A stretch of 52,641 nucleotides of DNA from Minisyncoccota bacterium. Its GTDB lineage: Bacteria > Patescibacteriota > Minisyncoccia > Phycocordibacterales > UBA1550. The translations under genes and the position numbers were made by a program. Each line of letters begins with the position of its first letter. Within the stretch, counting starts at the first letter, position 1. Positions 50,058-52,641 of the stretch are shown here, piece by piece. Location: the NCBI GenBank assembly GCA_036170975.1, contig JAVHQE010000064.1:1-52641 (forward strand). The letters run 5' to 3'. A model generated the notes under the pieces. It saw only the letters and a program-made list of their open reading frames with translations. It made no database searches and was not told where the DNA came from.

Positions 50058-51953
50058 TTATTCCACGGTGACTGACTTTGCGAGATTACGCGGTTTGTCT
50101 ACATTGTTGCCAAGTGCGCGTGCGTAATGATATGCAAAAAGTTGCAGAGGTAATATTTCGAGGATGGGATACAAAAGTGCGTTATTTAGCGAAGGGATTA
50201 TAACTACGTCGATGTGTTCCTGATTTAATTTTTGGGCCCCGAGCTCGTCCGTAATGACAATAACGTTGCCTCCTTTTGAGAGAATCTGTTCAAGAGAATT
50301 TTTACTGAGCGCAAAGAGGTCGTCGTAGGGCATAACGATCACCGAGAGAGCGTTGTTATCAATAACCGCGATTGGCCCGTGTTTCAGCTCTCCGAGAGGA
50401 TAACTCCCCGCCTCGAGGTAGGTAAGCTCTTTGAACTTAAGGGCTGCTTCGTTGGCGACGGGTACGTGAATCCCTCTTCCTAGGAAATTTATCGTGTGCA
50501 CCTTTTTTGCATGATAACGATATGCAAGTGCACGGATAGTTGCTTCTGTTTTTGTAATTGTCTTGGTCATAAGGTCGGGGATTTCTTCAAGTTCAGTAAG
50601 GATTGCGTAACCTTCTTGAGGTGTCATGGTACGTTCACGCGCAAATTTAATCGCAAGTAAATAGAAGACAGCGATTTGTGCAATGAAAGCTTTTGTTGAA
50701 GCAACCCCTACTTCTATTCCCGCACGTGTGTATACTCCTGCGTCTACAGTTTCAGCAATAGCACTTCCTACAACGTTTATGATTCCAAATGTTGTAAAAC
50801 CTCTGCGCTGTGCTTCTTTTACTGATTCAAGAGTATCGGCGGTTTCTCCAGACTGACTCGTTGCAAAAAGTATAGTGTTCTTCGGGCTAAGAGGCATTTT
50901 TTTATACCTGAACTCTGAGGCAATCTCATTTCGCACGGCAACCCCTGCAAGTGTTTCAATGAGCATTCCTCCAATAACCGATGCATTGTGCGCTGTTCCG
51001 CAGGCGATCGTAACAATCCCCTCTGTGCTACGGAGCGTGTCTTCATGATCAATAAGTCCGCCAAGGACAGCATCTCCTATTTTTTTGTTATAGCGACCGA
51101 GGATTGTGGTGCGAAAGATAGAAGACTGCTGGTGAATCTCTTTTTCCATGAATGATTCATACTCTTCTTTTGAAATGTCATCCATGGTTTGATTAGTGAT
51201 GGTGATTTTTTCTTTCTTGATTATTTTTTCAGGCTCTACGATATCCCCTATTTTATAAGCAACATTTCCATCCTCTATAAAAAGCTCTGCATACTCACCG
51301 TCAGAAAGAGAAATAAACGTATTGGTATAGGAGAGAATTGCATTTGAGCTAGATGCCGCAATAAGTGTATTTTTCAAAATTCCAAAAATAAGGGGGCTAC
51401 CTCGTTTTGCAAGAAATAAATGATTTGGTTCATCTGTTGAAATAAGGGCAATCCCAAAGCTTCCTTCGAGCGTTGAGGCTGTATCAAGAAAGGCGTTTCG
51501 AAGAGAAGCCCCCTCTTTTATTTTTTGTTCGATGAGATGAGGAATGACTTCAGTATCTGTTGTTGACGAGAACGTGTGTCCTTGGGCAACCAATTCTTCG
51601 CGAAGAATCTCATGGTTGAGTATTGTGCCATTGTGTACAATCGCAATATTTCCTGAACAATCAAGGTGAGGGTGAGCATTTTCCTCGGAGGGTTTACCGT
51701 GAGTTGCCCAGCGGTTGTGTCCAATACCAAGCAAGAAACCTTCATCGATGCCACCAAGCTCGCTCGTTATTTCTTGCGGTAAAAATGCATCGCTCGGCGC
51801 TCCCAATTTTCGTATGCGTTTTATTTTACCGGCATCGAGGATAGCAATACCCGTACTGTCATAGCCACGGTACTCGAGGTTTTTAAGCGAAGAAATAATC
51901 TCCGGTATGAGGTTCCTTTTTTCGCTGGTGATAATGCCGACAATGCCACACAT
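50058..51953 (-). CDS. glmS: glutamine--fructose-6-phosphate aminotransferase
   Basis: MCGIVGI Ntn start, two SIS domains, C-terminal NLAKSVTVE. Confidence 0.95.
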   Translation of the reverse strand: MCGIVGIITSEKRNLIPEIISSLKNLEYRGYDSTGIAILDAGKIKRIRKLGAPSDAFLPQEITSELGGIDEGFLLGIGHNRWATHGKPSEENAHPHLDCSGNIAIVHNGTILNHEILREELVAQGHTFSSTTDTEVIPHLIEQKIKEGASLRNAFLDTASTLEGSFGIALISTDEPNHLFLAKRGSPLIFGILKNTLIAASSSNAILSYTNTFISLSDGEYAELFIEDGNVAYKIGDIVEPEKIIKKEKITITNQTMDDISKEEYESFMEKEIHQQSSIFRTTILGRYNKKIGDAVLGGLIDHEDTLRSTEGIVTIACGTAHNASVIGGMLIETLAGVAVRNEIASEFRYKKMPLSPKNTILFATSQSGETADTLESVKEAQRRGFTTFGIINVVGSAIAETVDAGVYTRAGIEVGVASTKAFIAQIAVFYLLAIKFARERTMTPQEGYAILTELEEIPDLMTKTITKTEATIRALAYRYHAKKVHTINFLGRGIHVPVANEAALKFKELTYLEAGSYPLGELKHGPIAVIDNNALSVIVMPYDDLFALSKNSLEQILSKGGNVIVITDELGAQKLNQEHIDVVIIPSLNNALLYPILEILPLQLFAYHYARALGNNVDKPRNLAKSVTVE

Positions 51954-51958
51954 AATAG

Positions 51959-52546
51959 TTATAGGTGAATGATAGGATACTGTTCAAACTCTGGTAATAA
52001 ATTTTTCCCATACAAAATACGAAAAATTGCTTCAGCCTCATACTTTGCGCCATTGATGCCAATGTGCGGTTTCGGTTCTTCCGGAAGTCCAAGATAGACA
52101 AGAATGCTGTCGAGAGTAAGATCTGCGCGGTCGTTCCTTTGGGGTACGGGGATTCCTCGCTTTATCATATCCATATAAGCCATCGTGTTGAGGTCGAGCG
52201 TACGGTAGGCAAAGTGCCAACCGATGTGTGAACGGGCGAAAGAGTCATTGAGAAAATCACGATCAAAAGAAGGATTTTTCCCTGCGAGGGTTTTGTCTCC
52301 GCATTGCTCAATCCAATGCAGAAAGTTCTCCATGAGTTCTTCAAGAGAATGCTTTTTGGGGTCGGTACATTCTTCCTCGGTAAACCCGTTGACGGCAAGC
52401 GCATCACTCATTATACTCGCGCCTTCCCACATGCGACATTCTCCGTAAAACTGTCGTTCAGGGTGCTCAAGTTCAATAGCACCGATACTTAGAATGGAGT
52501 GCTTGTGGGGGTCAAGCCCGCTTGCTTCGATGTCGGCGACGATCAT
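51959..52546 (-). CDS. DEDD-family 3-prime to 5-prime exonuclease domain protein
   Basis: MIVADIEASGLDP (ExoI DxE), GKNPSFDRDFL (ExoII), and a C-terminal H-containing ExoIII-like segment. Confidence 0.7.
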   Translation of the reverse strand: MIVADIEASGLDPHKHSILSIGAIELEHPERQFYGECRMWEGASIMSDALAVNGFTEEECTDPKKHSLEELMENFLHWIEQCGDKTLAGKNPSFDRDFLNDSFARSHIGWHFAYRTLDLNTMAYMDMIKRGIPVPQRNDRADLTLDSILVYLGLPEEPKPHIGINGAKYEAEAIFRILYGKNLLPEFEQYPIIHL

Positions 52547-52641
52547 GGTGATAACAGTTTAGCATTTTTACACCAAAAAATCCCAGTTTGTACAGTTAAC
52601 CTTATGGGGTGACACTTTGATAGAATTGGGGTGACAAAGGT

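Noticed and set aside
52586-52641. Direct repeat ggggtgaca occurring twice about 24 nt apart, upstream of the exonuclease gene
   Set aside because: The match is short (9 bp) and at the very edge of the window, so its context is missing. It could be an operator, but the evidence is insufficient.
1-52641. Alternative genetic code (UGA recoding, as in some CPR lineages)
   Set aside because: All conserved genes are full length under the standard code, and TGA is used as a genuine stop (for example murG ends at 43474-43476 in an ATGA overlap with gltX).

Overview
AT-rich, gene-dense bacterial window. Spot counts give about 20-40% GC in most genes and about 50-55% in one island. Almost everything is on the + strand until about 46.6 kb. 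The content and reduced gene architectures fit a small-genome CPR/Patescibacteria (Parcubacteria-like) organism: AlaRS lacks the C-Ala domain, AspRS lacks the bacterial insertion domain, L13 is short, and core genes have no Shine-Dalgarno. That assignment is inference only. The standard code applies, because long ORFs are intact and TGA terminates genes. Core content: (1) translation genes, namely mnmA, infA-rpmJ-rpsM-rpsK-rpsD-rpoA-rplQ-rplM-rpsI and six aaRS genes (alaS, hisS, two trpS, aspS, gltX); (2) chaperones grpE-dnaK-dnaJ; (3) envelope genes mltG, plsC, a dac-type PBP, mraY-ftsW-murG, an M23 peptidase and glmS; (4) segregation genes scpA and scpB; (5) repair genes nth, a cluster-free mutY-like glycosylase, a Cas4/RecB-like nuclease and a DEDD exonuclease. 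I saw no rRNA, tRNA, CRISPR array, transposase or integrase. Most interesting observations: (a) a structured leader of about 115 nt (a linker-free three-way junction plus a stem covering the start region) upstream of dnaK, with a roughly 90% identical paralog upstream of murG that carries about 66 extra nt in one apical loop; (b) a GC-enriched, hairpin-dense intergenic block of about 150 nt (22.2-22.4 kb) upstream of a LOG/SLOG-like gene, an atypical PRTase-domain gene, a methyltransferase and two tandem orphan 7TM histidine kinases; (c) a GC-rich inserted cassette encoding a second TrpRS with a Cys4 (4Fe-4S-type) motif and a chorismate-mutase/methyltransferase fusion, 3 kb from the housekeeping-like trpS; (d) small accessory islets containing an ATP-cone/PD-(D/E)xK nuclease fusion, a micro-ORF coupled to a 3-TM protein, and an AT-rich Zn-ribbon nuclease-like gene wedged between aspS and scpA; (e) an in-frame perfect 4 x 21-bp tandem repeat, a perfect 24-bp-arm palindrome, and a structured leader upstream of rpmJ.
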